Shown here: positions 62,559 through 64,000 of the stretch, piece by piece
Numbering within the stretch: position 1 is the first letter of the stretch
Layout of the letters: every line of letters begins with the position of its first letter
NCBI RefSeq assembly: GCF_037042905.1
Contig: NC_087252.1
Span: forward strand, 12,960,001-13,024,000
DNA from: Lytechinus pictus
Lineage: Eukaryota
Reading direction: 5' to 3'
Length of the DNA stretch: 64,000 nucleotides
Program-made: the position numbers and the translations under genes
The notes under the pieces: generated by a model
Told to the model about the DNA's origin: nothing
Databases searched by the model: none
The model's input: the letters and a program-made list of their open reading frames with translations, nothing else

Positions 62559-63526
62559 TAAATATGTTTATACATCTACATACACCTACATACATGCCAT
62601 TCAAAACAAACGAATTACACATCATTTCAAATTTCGAAAATGAAATTGGTTGCTGAAGCAATTCATCGGTCATTGTTGATTAAATTGGATGCACAATTCC
62701 TGAATTTCAATGCCTAACAATTTTAATTCAAAGGTATATTCGCTAACTTGTAATACCACTAACGAACCACTTTGTCCTGGAACAAAAACGAAAGCACGTG
62801 ACAAATATTGAAATGAAAAATATTGAAATGAAAAATTATAAAAATTTGAATGACCGATATATCCGGGAAAACGATAACGCATGAATTTAAATCCACATAA
62901 ATAAAGTGACTCTTATATGAAATTGCACGGAAAAACTTATAATACAGGACAGATGTGGAAAAAATCTTAAAAGGCACCAACAAGTTTGAAGCACAAGCGT
63001 TTCCAGAAGTAGTCGAGGAGGACAAACAATATAAAACATGTGTGTCAAACCATAATTAATCATTGTTTTTTTATGGTCTGATGCACAGATTTCCCATTGT
63101 TATGCCCTCTATGTGATGTCACCTGAACTATTCTCAATAGGGGCATTGATGCAAGTCAACAGGGCATCCACAACAATGTCCCTTCGTGGTCTGAGATCAC
63201 AATAATTTAAATTTTTATATATATATTTGAATGGTATATGGATTTAACAGGACTTATAACTAGAAATCCTATCAAAGGCTCCGGGGAATAATAGATCTTA
63301 ATCCCCTGAATTTAGCGAAACGATCCAAGCGGTCACTGACTTGGAGTTCCAAGAAAAAACCGTTACAAATCCATCGATCTTTACAATTCAACGCATACAG
63401 ATGCGTACTCCATTTCAAATCGTTCAGTATGCAAACGCCCATTAAATTTATGTGTATTGGACTTCAGAAAGTCTCTGTCCTTCGAGTCAACAGTGGGATG
63501 GGCGGATTTGTTCTCATATATATATA

Positions 63527-64000
63527 GGGGAAGGCGGGGTAAGTTGAGCCACCAACCCCAGGCTAATAATGAATGAGTCAGACATTGTGGTGGTGTCATT
63601 TATTGATGACCCATTGCATAACCCTCAACCCAACCACATTGTTTTCAACTTTGAAACAAAAAGTACTTTTTTAGAGGGAAAAATACAAATTTCAGCCAAA
63701 AAAGTAAAAAACGGTGTGAAATAGATAAGTGCTTTTTACCCACACACATCTTTAAATATAATATAGAAATAAGAACAATATTGTTAGTCCAGGTATGGAT
63801 TCTCACTTTTGTCATAGTCTTTTACATGATGGATGCATCAGAAATGTGTGGATGGGAAAATATCGCAAAAAGTTCGGACGGGGCTAATTTAAGCCAACCA
63901 ACATGGGGCAAGTTGAGCCATGGTAACTCTTATGGTAATGTATAATAGAAAAATTAAAAAACATAAAAAGCCATTGATATGCAGGCAGAAAGGAGCAAAT
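63527..64000. mobile_element. Left end of a TA-flanked DNA transposon/MITE (truncated by window)
   Basis: TA|GGGGAAGGCGGGGTAAGTTGAGCCA with internal GGGGCAAGTTGAGCCA repeats. Confidence 0.5.

Noticed and set aside
62953..63058. Candidate terminal ROCO exon (phase-1 DVEKILKGTNKFEAQAF...N*)
   Set aside because: The phase fits, but there is no polypyrimidine tract and no recognisable domain; unsupported without RNA data.

Overview
AT-rich, repeat-dense eukaryotic genomic DNA. The repeat families look like a marine invertebrate deuterostome, probably a sea urchin; this is inferred, not proven. The backbone is the middle part of a + strand, intron-rich ROCO-family gene (Roc GTPase plus COR domain). 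I assembled 13 GT-AG exons between 5453 and 49529 (1746 nt, about 580 aa) with consistent splice phases and no stops. The P-loop exon and the final exon(s) were not found and probably lie outside the window. The introns are packed with transposable elements: L2 and CR1-group LINE fragments, a near full-length L1/Tx1 LINE, a DIRS1-like element with its internal complementary region, a very young non-autonomous LTR element carrying a 50-bp array, Helentron/HINE-like repeats, tRNA-derived SINEs, and Tc1-, hAT- and Kolobok-type MITEs, several nested up to 3-4 deep. Highlights: (1) a 1220-bp non-autonomous Transib/RAG-like transposon (50837-52056) whose ends resemble V(D)J recombination signal sequences (CACAGT[A/G] heptamer, 12- and 23-nt spaced CAAAA nonamer-like blocks, 5-bp TSD); (2) Penelope-type minimal hammerhead ribozyme motifs; (3) an atypical G4 motif in the Roc domain.
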